The notes under the pieces were generated by a model, which saw nothing but the letters and a program-made list of their open reading frames with translations, did not search any database and had not been told where the DNA came from. From positions 63,674,001 through 63,738,000 of the forward strand of contig OZ024740.1 of NCBI GenBank assembly GCA_964016885.1: 64,000 nucleotides of DNA, given 5' to 3'. This stretch comes from Eledone cirrhosa (Eukaryota). The number at the start of each line of letters is the position of its first letter. Positions within the stretch are counted from its first letter, which is position 1. The position numbers and the translations under genes were made by a program. Of this stretch, positions 18,052 to 30,749 are shown one piece after another.

Positions 18052-18772
18052 TGGTGCAACAGATTTGAAATTCCCGGTATAAGGTTAGACTTTCTTTGTT
18101 TATTTTTTTATATATGAATATTGATTGTTCCTTATATCTCATCTGTTATTTTGCCCGAGAAAATATCTGTGTCTGTCATCAAATGTTGTACACACATAGA
18201 TATTTTTTCAATTTCCAATTGAGTTCTAGCACGTGGCCTGAATTCCTTTTAGAGTTCATTGTCATGCGCATGTATTGTTTTTTTTTTTGGCGGTAATTTA
18301 CTTCCTCATTTTGGAATCAGTTTGAGCATTTCTTTAGAACTGCTGGACTAGCAACCTGACAGATACCTCAGGCACTGATGATGATTATCGCTAAATACTG
18401 ATGTTGGTTAGATTATCAATATTAGTATTATTGGGGCACCCACTGATGAATTATAGGAGCCCACTTAAATATATATCTATTGATGGTATACAAGCTCCTA
18501 CATAAATTGGTATAATTTCACCCAAATTGTAGGAATCCTGTAATGAAACGAGACGTCCGTCTGGGAAGAGATATATTCGATATGTCTCATATGAAATAAT
18601 ACAGCCAATTTTCCACGCAATACTTTTAGTTAGCACCCCGAACGCAAAATTAGGAATATAATCACTTATTTCTTAATGTTTGTTGAGTGAGTTGGAATTT
18701 GGCCGGAGTATCGCTAAAAAGCTTTCTCCGATATTGTATTTATATATATATATATATGTGTGTATGTGTGTG

Positions 18773-18878
<106 letters not shown>

Positions 18879-19434
18879 TGTGTGCGTATACAAGTACGTA
18901 TATTAAAATACGTGTACATAGACAGATAGTTATAATTACTTGTTTTATAGTTTTGTGTACTGACTAAGAAACCCAATACTGATAGTAGAGTCAAAATAAC
19001 AAGGGCGGTGAATTGGCAGTATCGGTAGAGGGTCGGACGCCATGCTTTCCAGCATAGTTACGTCCCTTTACGGTCTGAGTTCAAATCCCGTCGTGGTTAA
19101 CTTTGCCTTTCATCCTTACGGGGTCGATAAAATAAAGTACCAGTAATGTACTGGGTAATTGCTGACCTTGTGCCAAAAAGTAGAAACAATATTTATTATC
19201 AATGATGACTGCTCAGTTCGAAATTTTACCGATAATTGCTCCTGTAGTAATTTGGCAGAAAATAGAGGTAGTTGTTTTAAGTACACAACATATAAATAAG
19301 AGGGGAGAGGAGAGAAAATTGTCGTTGTGGGTTGAACGAAGGTGATCTCTGACATACGCTTGATTGGTTTGATGCTGAGTGCTATATGGCAGGAATGAAA
19401 ATAAGTGCTGCGAAGACTGAGACACTCGTCCACT

Positions 19435-19474
<40 letters not shown>

Positions 19475-19654
19475 TGCGTGTGTATGTGTGTGTGCGTGTG
19501 TGTGTGCGCGCGTGTGTGTGTGTGCGTGTATGTGTGTATGCGCTGTACACTTTACATGTGAGTGGGGCTCCACTGAAGCATATGAAGAAGATCAAGTTTC
19601 TCGGGGCCGTTTTCATGAGTGAATTTGGCGTATGAATTGCAGAAGATGATGCAG

Positions 19655-19697
<43 letters not shown>

Positions 19698-19749
19698 TGT
19701 GTGTGTTTCTGTATGTGTGTATTTCTGAGTGTGTCCTACAACATAAAGA

Positions 19750-20370
19750 TATATTTCTTTATTTGCCACAAGGGCGCACAAGAAAATGGAACAATACAAA
19801 GACACATGCCGGGGATTTTACATACAGTCGTGTAAAAATATTATTAAAACAAACAAATTTAACAATCGAAATCCCCAATAGGGGGGAGGCGTTACAAATG
19901 GGTTGTTTAATACCCCGTCGATAGAACAACCCTCAACTCCAGGAGCGTGTTGTGCAAGTGCTCCTTTCCTTTCTTCCTTTTGCCCTCTTCTTCAACCTAC
20001 AGGTTTATATACAGAGAAGGCCCAATCACTCGGGCCATTTTTGCTACATTCACCCACCTTTCAGTAAATTTACTGGGGTGCAGTGCCTCTCTCTCCACTC
20101 TCATTCTCCTTCTAAAGTGGTACCTAAAGAAGGGAACGAGTTGTTGTCCGGAGAGAAAGACATCTGTCCTCAGTCCTCTCAATCTCGCCCACCATATAAC
20201 CTCTTTTACCATAGCCACTATACAGAGGAAAACCGCCTCTCTTTCGTTTTTTTTTTAAAAGTTAGCGGTTTGATCCTTACTATGGACTCGGCAGTCAACT
20301 GGATTTGTCCCATACGCGACAGCAGTTGTTCTGCGCAGTTCCACAGATCAGTTACGCCCGGGCAGTGTAC
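19750..20370 (-). mobile_element. 3' fragment of the same Tx1-like family
   Basis: MVKEVIWWARLRGLR...ERWVNVAKMARV homologous to 43857..44948; same 3' end (ctttatttgcca). Confidence 0.85.
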
Positions 20371-20953
20371 AAAATCAAACTTAGAAGAAAAAATGTACAT
20401 AAACGTACCAAAATTATGTTTCTACCCCCGGAGGTTTCGCTGCGCTTTCTATCAACAAGCCTACTCGCCGTCAGGTACCAATCACAAGCTTTCTGACTTG
20501 ACCACTGGCGATGTGACAATTCTTAGCCATTTTGAATTCGCTTCTGGCGGGGATCATTTAAGAAAAATCTTTGTCCAATTGAGTTTGCTTCCTTATGATT
20601 TCGAAACTCGTTGATTTATCCATGATCGGATATTTCCAAAAAGCGAATGAAACCTCCGAGGGTAGAAACATAATTTTGGTATGTTTATGTACATTTTTTC
20701 TTCTAACTTTGATTTTGTACCTAATTGTGTATGGTTAACTATATGTCTAGTCAATTTCTACGGGCTATTAGAAATACTGGGTAAATCTTCTGTGGCTGTG
20801 GATCGCGGATAAAATAGCTATCATTTATTTATCTATTGTTTCTTCATAGGTACATTTTAAACTTATAGCCTCGTTTAATTGATTTTTTATGTGGTTGATT
20901 ATGCTGATCGGGAGAAGAAATACTGTATATATTTTATCAAATGATTCTATGGA

Positions 20954-21002
<49 letters not shown>

Positions 21003-21006
<4 letters not shown>

Positions 21007-21660
21007 GTAGAACACTGGAAGGTAATATCCGTAGTCGTAGAGCACTCAGTCCATGGGACGAGTTAGGTAGAAGTGGTTACACAACAGTTAGTTCACCATA
21101 CCGAGAACAATTGTTTCACCTTAGCAGATCCTCAACTTGTAATGGACATGGTTATACGGAACAGGAAGGAAGGACAACCGTACGAACGCGCATGCGCAGA
21201 AACGATCACCTCACACAGGCAATACTAAAATGCGTGCGAGAGGTGTAAGGGATATAACTGCGAAAATCCGAAAAGTTTCTAGTTGATAAGAAAATTAGGA
21301 TGTTGTAATTCAATCCAGAGCTTTGTAGTTACGTAAGAGGTGTTTCGAGACGTGTGGACAACGTGTGAAGAATTCATTTCTCGTGTTTAGGCAATCGCTA
21401 TTGCATAATCTCTTTAGAATATTTATTCGTTCATCAATACATAGTCCACACGACGGATTTCCCCTTGCGTATGGCTTGGACTTAGTGATGGCTTTCCATT
21501 GAATGGAGTAGTCTATACTTGAGTCCTTGAGGTCCCATACGTGGCTCGCGAGTTTCGTGGATGAACGTCTGTCCGGGTACCTAAAGGTTGACTGGTGGTT
21601 CAGGAAGCGTTCCTTACATCAGCCCTCCGCCATACCCACATAGGATTTGACCTCCTAAAC
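21003..21660 (-). mobile_element. PLE 3' remnant (GIY-YIG C-terminus plus HHR variant)
   Basis: [21 protein letters not shown]...STKLASHVWDLK...IQWKAI...CGLCIDE. Its terminus recurs at about 30170-30283. Confidence 0.8.
21103..21138 (-). ncRNA. HHR-like variant at a PLE 3' end
   Basis: AG-TTGAGGA-tCTgctaAGGt-GAAAC-AATT-GTT-CT; palindromic stem III. Confidence 0.5.
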
Positions 21661-21664
21661 ACTT

Positions 21665-21752
<88 letters not shown>

Positions 21753-22373
21753 CTTTCTTCTGGTGAAGGTCTAGCGTCCGGAACATTAAGCCCCTCTTCC
21801 TGCAATTTCAAGTGTTAAACTAATATATTCCTTCCATATACTGTACCGTGTTTTGTTATTTCCGTTTACCTTTTACACACACACATATATATAATGTGCA
21901 ATGTTTATTAAATAATAATAAGTAACTGTTGTTTGTTTTTATAAACTCATTTACGTATTTGACATATATTCCATGTTTTCTCTTGTTTTGCAGTTCGGGA
22001 GAGGCCCCAAACTGAGGTGACCATTTCTGATGAGACATTAAATGAAGATATATAATTCGCCCTTATTGGACGCCATGCTTTGACGCATAGAGTTACGGCC
22101 CTTGCCATTCTGAGTTCAAATACGGCCGAGGTTAACTTTGCCTTTCATCCTTACGGGGTCGATAAAATAAAGTACCAGTAATGTACTGGGTAATTGCTGG
22201 CCTTGTGCCAATAGTAGAAACAATTATATACACATGTACACACATGTACACACATGTAGATACATGCATTCTTTTCTCCGTGCATTCACATATAAATACA
22301 TTGTTCTCTGTGGTTTGTAATGGCTGGATATAGGTGTGCGTACGTGTGGGGGTGTAGGTGTGTGTGTGTGTGC

Positions 22374-22474
<101 letters not shown>

Positions 22475-22589
22475 TATATATATATATATGTATGTATGTA
22501 CGTAAAAGGTAAACAGAAATAACAACACAATCGATACAGTATATGGAAGGGATATATTAGGTTAACGCTTGATATAGCAGGAAGTGAGT

Positions 22590-22623
22590 CTTAATGTTTC
22601 GGACGCTAGTCCTTCATCAGAAG
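22590..22623 (-). ncRNA. Minimal PLE-type HHR; relatives at 26392-26425 (-) and 21757-21790 (+, decayed)
   Basis: CTT-CTGATGA-aGGAC-TAGC-GTCC-GAAAC(A/G)TT-AAG. Confidence 0.7.
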
Positions 22624-22880
22624 AAATAATGAGAAATAAACTAGATTGAGGGGACGGTGGTGTGGAATTGAGAAAAATGTCTTTAGATAAAAATAACAGG
22701 TCCATTCATGTTGACAGTATTTCCGAAGAAAAAGCAAAGGAAAAAGAGTGCTCTATGTATAAAACAGAGCTATTTAATTAGAAAGTAAACAACACAATGT
22801 AACTACTCCATTACCAAAGGTTTCAGGGCCCTAGACAATATTAACATACGTCAGGTTCGCTCATCAGATAGATAACCCCT

Positions 22881-22944
22881 CTATCTGATGAGCGAACCTG
22901 ACGTATGTTAATATTGCCTAGGGTCCTGAAACCTTTGGTAATGG
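22881..22944 (+). ncRNA. HHR with 36-nt domain II; inverted copy at 22808-22871; relatives at 265-330 (-) and 61172-61237 (-)
   Basis: CTAT-CTGATGA-36nt-GAAACC-TTT-GGTA-ATGG. Confidence 0.65.
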
Positions 22945-22972
22945 TGTAGTTGTATATTGTGTTGTTTACTTT

Positions 22973-23141
<169 letters not shown>

Positions 23142-23160
23142 TATATACACATACATATAT

Positions 23161-23227
<67 letters not shown>

Positions 23228-23251
23228 GGAAAATCTTCTTCGTAGAATCAA

Positions 23252-23347
23252 GACGTATCTGAAGACCTTGCGATTTTCAGAGTCAGGTTCGATCATCACA
23301 TCGATCGTGCCTCGAGCTGGTCTCCAGAGAAACGATTGTAATATGTC
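23252..23347 (+). ncRNA. HHR with 63-nt domain II
   Basis: GACGTAT-CTGAAGA-63nt-GAAAC-GATT-GTA-ATATGTC, in a ~170-bp island between (TA)n tracts. Confidence 0.65.
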
Positions 23348-23389
23348 CAATAAATTCCATTCGTCGCAACACTGATTCTCTTTTTTTCT

Positions 23390-23454
<65 letters not shown>

Positions 23455-23707
23455 TAAAGAGTTAAACAAGATTCAATGAGTACATCAAAGAATGAGTTTT
23501 ACAGTAGATTGGAAGCACTCTAGAGTAAAATATTTTCCAGAGATATTAATATTAAATTCAAATATTAACAAAATAGATGTTCTTGTGATCAATTAAATTT
23601 TATTATACATATTTCAGAGGTACTTGAATCAGGTTCAACAGTACGTCCTCATCAGATAAAATAAAATGATACATGACATACCCTGAGATGTTAGATGGTT
23701 AAGATTT

Positions 23708-23906
23708 AACCATCTAACATCTTAGGGTATGTCATGTATCATTTTATTTTATCTGATGAGGACGTACTGTTGAACCATCTAACATCTTAGGGTATGTCAT
23801 GTATCATTTTATTTTATCTGATGAGGACGTACTGTTGAACCATCTAACATCTCAGGGTATGTAATGTATCATTTTATTTTATCTGATGAGGACGTACTGT
23901 TGAACC
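23708..23906 (+). repeat. 65-bp tandem trimer containing the HHR 5' core
   Basis: aacc at 23708, 23773, 23838 and 23903; CTGATGA at 23753, 23818 and 23883. Confidence 0.9.
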
Positions 23907-23940
23907 TGATTCAAGTACCTCTGAAATATGTATAATAAAA
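23877..23940 (+). ncRNA. HHR; inverted copy at about 23597-23662
   Basis: TTTTAT-CTGATGA-GGAcGTACtgTTGAA-cctga-TTCAAGTACcTCT-GAAATATGTATA-ATAAAA. Confidence 0.75.
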
Positions 23941-23981
23941 TTTAATTGATCACAAGAACATCTATTTTGTTAATATTTGAA

Positions 23982-24060
<79 letters not shown>

Positions 24061-24113
24061 TAAAAACAATGAATAAAAACAAAGAAACAGTTCCTTATAT
24101 TAAAAAATTCATC

Positions 24114-24241
24114 ATTTTACGATCGTTTCTCGGATATATATATGTGTGTTGGTATGTATATCATATAGATCTATGTAAAAATTTTACAAACTATCAGAGG
24201 GAATATACATACCTACACATATATATGCTGTCTTCAGAAAT
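24114..24241 (-). ncRNA. Second copy of the giant-domain-II HHR
   Basis: Near-identical to 14622-14753. Confidence 0.7.
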
Positions 24242-24295
24242 AATCATTCTTCAGAAATAAGCGATTCTTTGCTTAAACTTTAATCTGTTATTTTA

Positions 24296-24376
<81 letters not shown>

Positions 24377-24377
24377 G

Positions 24378-24602
24378 GGAGGAGAGGGATACAGTCAGAC
24401 ACAAACAAAAGAACTGCACACGAAGTTTGACAGTACAATTTGTGTTCGTCTATGGAAGATATTTAATCAATGGGAGTGCACACCTTCTTATCAATTAGTT
24501 GATACTATGACTTTATGCCTGTGTGAATTAAACAAACAGGAAGAATGGATATCATATACACAACATAAAGAAGATATGAAATATTTGCCACATGAAGTTT
24601 GA
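24378..24602 (+). CDS. Candidate terminal exon of an unidentified gene (GGEGYSQTQTKELHTKFDSTICVRLWKIFNQWECTPSYQLVDTMTLCLCELNKQEEWISYTQHKEDMKYLPHEV*)
   Basis: 74-codon open frame starting after ttcag in unique sequence; AATAAA at 24788-24793; phase compatible with the 11323-11382 exon. Confidence 0.45.
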   Translation, partial: GGEGYSQTQTKELHTKFDSTICVRLWKIFNQWECTPSYQLVDTMTLCLCELNKQEEWISYTQHKEDMKYLPHEV

Positions 24603-27600
24603 AGATCTTTATATATCTGTACAAAATATTACATTATATTGAAAGCAAACTGCAGAAATATATTTCCCCATATGAAAACGTTACAACACATTATACATAG
24701 CTTTAAGCAAAAACAAAAAAAAAAATGACGCTTTATTTTATTTATTTATTTATTTATTTATTTTTGTTTGTTTTGTTTTGTTTTTCAAATAAAAATGTAT
24801 TTTAAAAGTCCGGTTGCTTCTAGCTATTGCTGCTCAATTGTAAACCATCATGCAAACCAAGAATTCATTGAAATGTCTAAATATTCCCACTCCTATGATT
24901 TCAGTTGGATAAAATAACAAGAGGATAGTGGTTTGGCAAACTACTTTTAGTTACAGTGCTCGACATTTTGAATTAGCTTAGCCCTCAAGTAGCCCAGTAA
25001 ACTGAAGCACTGCAGGAAAGGAATAGCTAGCCGCTTTAAAGAACGGTAATACTATAAAATTGACCAGTGTTCCTCCATTTGCCTTGCTGTGTTGTGTTCA
25101 TTTCCGTCCATGTACAAAAGCTACTTACGATAGATTAGCTTATTGCCGTGAAATTAAAATTAATCCGATTTGCTTCATGCTATGATCAAATGAAAAGAAG
25201 TATTAACTCTATAATATTTGAAGAATGGTGTAGTTTTAACTTTCGTAAGTGGTCAGAGGTGTAGATGATAAAGCAACATATTAAATGCTGCTCTAGACTC
25301 ACTAGTCAGTTAAAACTGACCATTATTGTATAATCGTGTGAGACGAGAACCCAAGAAGCAACGTTTTCGATGTGATATGGCCGTTAATTTGTATATGTGC
25401 GGGTCTATTTGTATATGTTCTTTTACGTGCATTGTTTTGCTGCAGTTGTTGTTTTTTTAGCCCCAGATCAGCACTCATCAAGCATATCTATGATCACAGA
25501 TACACTCTTCAGGGTTTTTTAAGACTGAATCTGGACCTATATTATCCAATGTACCTTCAGGTTAAACGACTGCCATGTGTAGTTTGGGGAAGATTTGGCT
25601 GCTCTTTCTAGCAGACCGAGTGACTACGTAGAGGCTCGTTTACATGTGTGTAAGTACACAAAAGAAGTGTTATACGTACATTCTTTTGAAAATGTTCGTG
25701 TGTCTGTTAATATGCATCTGCTTACTTTGTACACTAAACCAGAGCAGTAAAAGGTAATGTGTTTGCTGTGACACCTCATCTGGAATTAGTCAGCTTCCGT
25801 AAAAGGTAATTTAGGGGGTCAGCTTTCAATTTAGTTTTTTGACATGCAACTTAAAGGCGCGACTGCGGTTCAAGTTTACACCAACATAAACAGAGTAGGT
25901 ACATTGTTGAAGTGGTGTTCCAGACTATTTAATCTTAAAATATCGGTTTGCTTTCTTATTTCCAAAGTCGAAAAGCAGACATGGGTCTTTGCATGGCTGG
26001 CCTCGACCTTGGAATTAAGAAAGCAAACCAATCTTTTAAGATGTCTACACCATGATCGCTATCAACTATAGTAGAAAACGCTTGCCCAAGGTATTGCGCA
26101 ATGGGATCGAACTTAGAACCAGATGGTTGTGAAGTAAATAGCTGGACTTCATAGCCATGTCGGTACCATGCTGACTTTCGATATATTAAGTATACTAACA
26201 CTTACTTTACTGTAATTATTCTCAAACGGCAGGCACTTGACTATCAGGGCAGGTATTTTAGTCGAGGGAGGAATTCAAACAGGGAGACTACAGTATATGC
26301 GAAAAGTTAACAAGGAAAAATAACATGGGAGAAAAATTCAGTACAATGATGATATATATTAGTTTAACACTTGGTATGGTAAAGAAAGAGACTTAACGTT
26401 TCGGGCGTTAGTCCTTCATCAGAAAATAGAATGTGATATAAGAAAAGAAATAAAGACAAACAAGAAGAAATACGATTACAACTAATTGTACTGTACATAG
26501 TTAATCTGTCAAATAAAATACCAATATAGCCAACTGTAGCGATTTTTTTTTCATGAATGTTTTTTTTTTCTTTAAATGTCTTTTGTGGTTATGAAAATGG
26601 AAAAGGAAAGGGAAGGGAAGGGCTCTAGGGTCACAGAAGAATGGGGAAATTACTGGATGACAATTGAAAATGTGATAGAAATTCAAGAAACTTGGAATCA
26701 CAATGTGAGGAACATGACCTGGGTCTCTAAGAACCACTGCTGTAGTAGAAAATGCTTGACTGAAGTGCTTTACATTGGAGTGAAACGCGGAACTTTGTGA
26801 CTGCGAAGTAAATTACCTAACCCCACGGCTATGCCTGTATTATATTGACTATCGATATGATCTTCTGACAGTTCATAACTTAAAACATTATTCTTACAAA
26901 CCTCAAAACATTGCCAAATGAGACAACATATGTAACAGATGTTTCAATTACTTCAGTTATAGCTATAGGCGGGAAGTTTTCTTAATAAAACGTCTGATTC
27001 ACAATCATCTTTCCGTTCAAATATTGACCTTTCGTTACTGCATCAATGTTTATGTATCTCTGAGCGTGAGTATATTATGTGTGTGTTTCTACGTTTCTGT
27101 GTTTTCCATTTATGCGTTAATGCGCGTGTGTGCGTTCTCTCGCTTGTGTGTGTGTGTGCTTTTGTGTTTGTGTATACTTTCGCCTTTCTGTGTGTGTGTT
27201 TTCTCGCTTGGGTATGTAATTTCGTGTGTGTGCGTTTGTATGTCCATGTGTGTGTGTCTTTGTATGTCCATGTGTGTGTGTTTGTATGTCCATGTGTGTG
27301 TGTTTGTATGTCCATGTGTGTATGTTTGTATGTTCATGTGTATGTGTGTATTCTTATGCGTGTGCATGTATATGTCTTCATTGATATGTCTGTGTGTGAG
27401 TCGATGTGTTCATGTGTGTGTGTGTATTCTCATGAATGTGCTTGTGCGTGTCCTCATTGACATGTTTGTGTGTGAGTCGATGTGTTTGTGTGTTTGTATG
27501 TTTCTGCGTGTCTGTACATGTATGTATGAGTGTTCTTATGCGTCTGTTTGTGTGTTCTCATCCATGTGTTTGTGTGTGGTTTCATTGGTGCATGTGTGTG

Positions 27601-29074
27601 TGTGTGTTGATACTCGGACACGCGCACGTCTGTTTTTCTTTTGTCCGTGCTGTTACCGTTGGCCACTACATACATTCTATACATTACAGACACTTCATAC
27701 ACTACATACATACACTACATTCACACCTACATGCATACATTTTGCCATCTAGACAATAAATGAACGACTAAGTAATTATTTTCTTTGATTCTTCAACACG
27801 AATCTTTTTTCTCATAAAATCTGTGTTGTAAAAACAAAGCAATTAAAAAGGAATAACAAAGGGTCACAGCTGTCCGAATAGATAGGTCGCATCTGGCCGA
27901 GTATATAGAATAAAGGTCAGGAATCTAGGCTCCGAAACCATGTTAGGCGGCTCTGTTGCCTAACGAGTGACTCTTATGCGTTCTGCTTTTTTTTTTATTA
28001 TTATTAAATCTGCATTATCGTTGTTGTTGGTCTGTCTTCGGTACTGACTGCGAGTCTTCCAGTTGTTCGAATAATGGAACAACCTGCTCATGACATTAAC
28101 TTACAAGTGGCTGAGTATTCTGCAGACGTACGCACCCTTAACGTAGTTCTCGGGGAGATTCAACGTGAGACTATATAACAAAGCTTGTCATTAAATTGTT
28201 GGGTCAACCCATTTTTGCCAGCTAACTCGGAACTCAACACTGCTGCCGTCGCAGCCATCATTACAGTAATAATTGTTTCTACTTTTGGCACAAGGCCAGC
28301 AACTAACCAGTACATTACTGGTACTTTATTTTATCGACCCCCGTAAGGATGAAAGGCAAAGTTAACCTCGACGGGATTTGAACTTAGATCGTAAAGCGCC
28401 GTAACTGTATGCTGCAAAGCATGGTGTCCGACTCTCTACCGATATTGCCAAGGAATATAGTTTATGATAGTAATAAGTTCACATGGTTGATGATATCGTT
28501 TAACTAGTGACCAGCCTTGTCATTCACTTCATCTTGTTGAATCATCCTGAAAACTACGCTAAGGGTGCAAGTGTTTTACTCAAGGTCACAACGCACCACT
28601 GGGATTCGGACTCACGACCTTATTACTCAAGGTCACAACGCACCACTGGGATTCGAACTCACGACCTTACAATCGTAAATTGAACAGCCTAACCACAAGA
28701 AAACACGCCGTTACACTTTTGTATTAAAATAAAAACCATTACCTATGAACCGGATATAAAAGTAATTTCAGATAAGATTCAAATCCAAACATCACACTGA
28801 GTAAGAAAAACGTCAGTTAAATTCATGTATTCTTATATCAAAATAGTCTCATACAATTAAATAGCTCAAAGAAAAAGGTTTTTCTGAGCTGTATAATATA
28901 ATTGAATATAAAAGAGAGATAAACACAGATAAAGGCATATATGTGTTCAAATCGTAAGGGACCAGATTCGCTAGGGTGAAAAAAATACTAACTATTAAAA
29001 ATAGGGTTTGCCAGACTCAATTTAAAATAATAAATCAGGTAAAGAAACACAAACCGATATTGGGTAACTGCCAG

Positions 29075-29152
29075 ACACCCAGACAGCTTATGGTAGGCTG
29101 TTTCACAATTTTAGCGAAGGTAATTACCAATCCTTTGCTCATCAGTGGGTGT
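29075..29152 (-). ncRNA. Canonical type I hammerhead ribozyme
   Basis: ACACCCA-CTGATGA-GCAA..TTGT-GAA-ACAGC-ctaccataa-GCTGT-C-TGGGTGT: 7-bp stem I, 5-bp stem III, GUC site. Confidence 0.85.
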
Positions 29153-30278
29153 AAAATTAGTAAACCCTTCACTTCTAAGTATCTCAGAAGACTGAATAGT
29201 GTGCGAATATAAAATAATTGTAAGAGACTATTTTGAGTTTCTAACTCAATATATACCTTTGATGTATTCTTATATGTATATTTTTGTTTATAATAAATTA
29301 TGCAGCTTCGATAGTCTCCATTATTATTTTTTAAAAGCTGAAAATGACTTTTCAGATTGAATCGGTTCTTTGATATGGGATAATGGAATATCTGTTGAAA
29401 TGTTTGATAGTTCGAATCCTGTTGTCAACGCTGCACTGAATCTTTATTTAAAGCCCATAATTCGTCCTGGCCTTGTCCTTCTGGCTGTAAACAGATAATA
29501 TTACTACGAACCGAAGTATTCTGTCAACCATATATAAAAAGCTGCCAAATCACCCTCAATTCAAGCATCTTACTCTCTTGAATAAAGAATGATAGATACA
29601 TAGGACAATATAGTCCCTCCTGTTCAAAAAGGCGAGATAGACCAGGTTGGTATACCTATCTTTATAGGTTCGCTCAGTCAGAAATGACATGAAGCTAAAC
29701 AACAGCAGCAATAACCGTGTCTATTTATTAGTATCATAAACTATAGTCCTTCTTTACTATTACTACAATGGTGGCTGCGTTGGTGCTGGTGTTGAACTTC
29801 GAATCAGTTCCAATCGAACAGACCTGTAAGTAAAATCATTTTCACTAAGAGAGTATCGTCCTTTTATTGTGAATCCATAACTACATTATCAGTTTCCTTC
29901 TCGTATTAACGCAGCGGGGTTTGATTTGAGGGTAATTTGTTTGCTATTTCTAGCAAACCAATTGGCCGAATAGAAGTTTCATCAAAGGCTCGTTTTCTAT
30001 GTGTAAAATCAACCTGATGAAATTAAATCGACCAGCCATCCACAAGTATTCTCAGATTACTCCCTGACCATCCTCTCATGATAATGGATGGTAAATCCGA
30101 AAATATTTTGGATCATTAAAATTGCTATGGTAAAATTCTTCCAAATGTTATTTCCTAGTTATATTTGTATACACCTCACACTCCGCCACCCCGCTCGGAC
30201 TCCATTTTTCCTTCCCCTCTCCTTCCTCCCTTGGACTGAGTGTTCTACCACTACGGATATTACCTTCCAGTGTTCCAC

Positions 30279-30331
<53 letters not shown>

Positions 30332-30749
30332 GGTATAAATATATACATACTTCAGCGCAGTTACTGCCTCTCAATCATCACTCTATGCTATGGAAGGTAA
30401 TACTTGCTAATTGAAATTTGCATCAAGTGGTTACATAGCAAACGTTTTCAAAAGCATGGTTGCGCCTATATTTGAACTTTGAACATAAAGAAAAACGTTG
30501 TTCTTGTTATGGATCTACGTCGTTCATACGACGAGTGTTCCAGCCGTTTGAACAATGGAATAGCCCGCGCATGAAATTAACGTGCAAATGAATATTCATT
30601 CCACAGGCACATCTACCCAATTTCAATCACATGGCATGGGTTTAGCCGTGGCTGCCCACAGTGACATTGAACCCGGGAACAAATGATTCCACACGCACAC
30701 ATGTATCTATGTATGTATATATGTATGTATATATGTATGTAGATAGAAT

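Noticed and set aside
25139-25244. Possible exon ending at gtaagt
   Set aside because: Weak acceptor, short frame and no recognisable homology.
27024-27759. 242-aa Cys/Val-rich ORF
   Set aside because: Degenerate (GT)-rich low-complexity sequence, probably a minus-strand PLE 3' UTR similar to 4800-5050.
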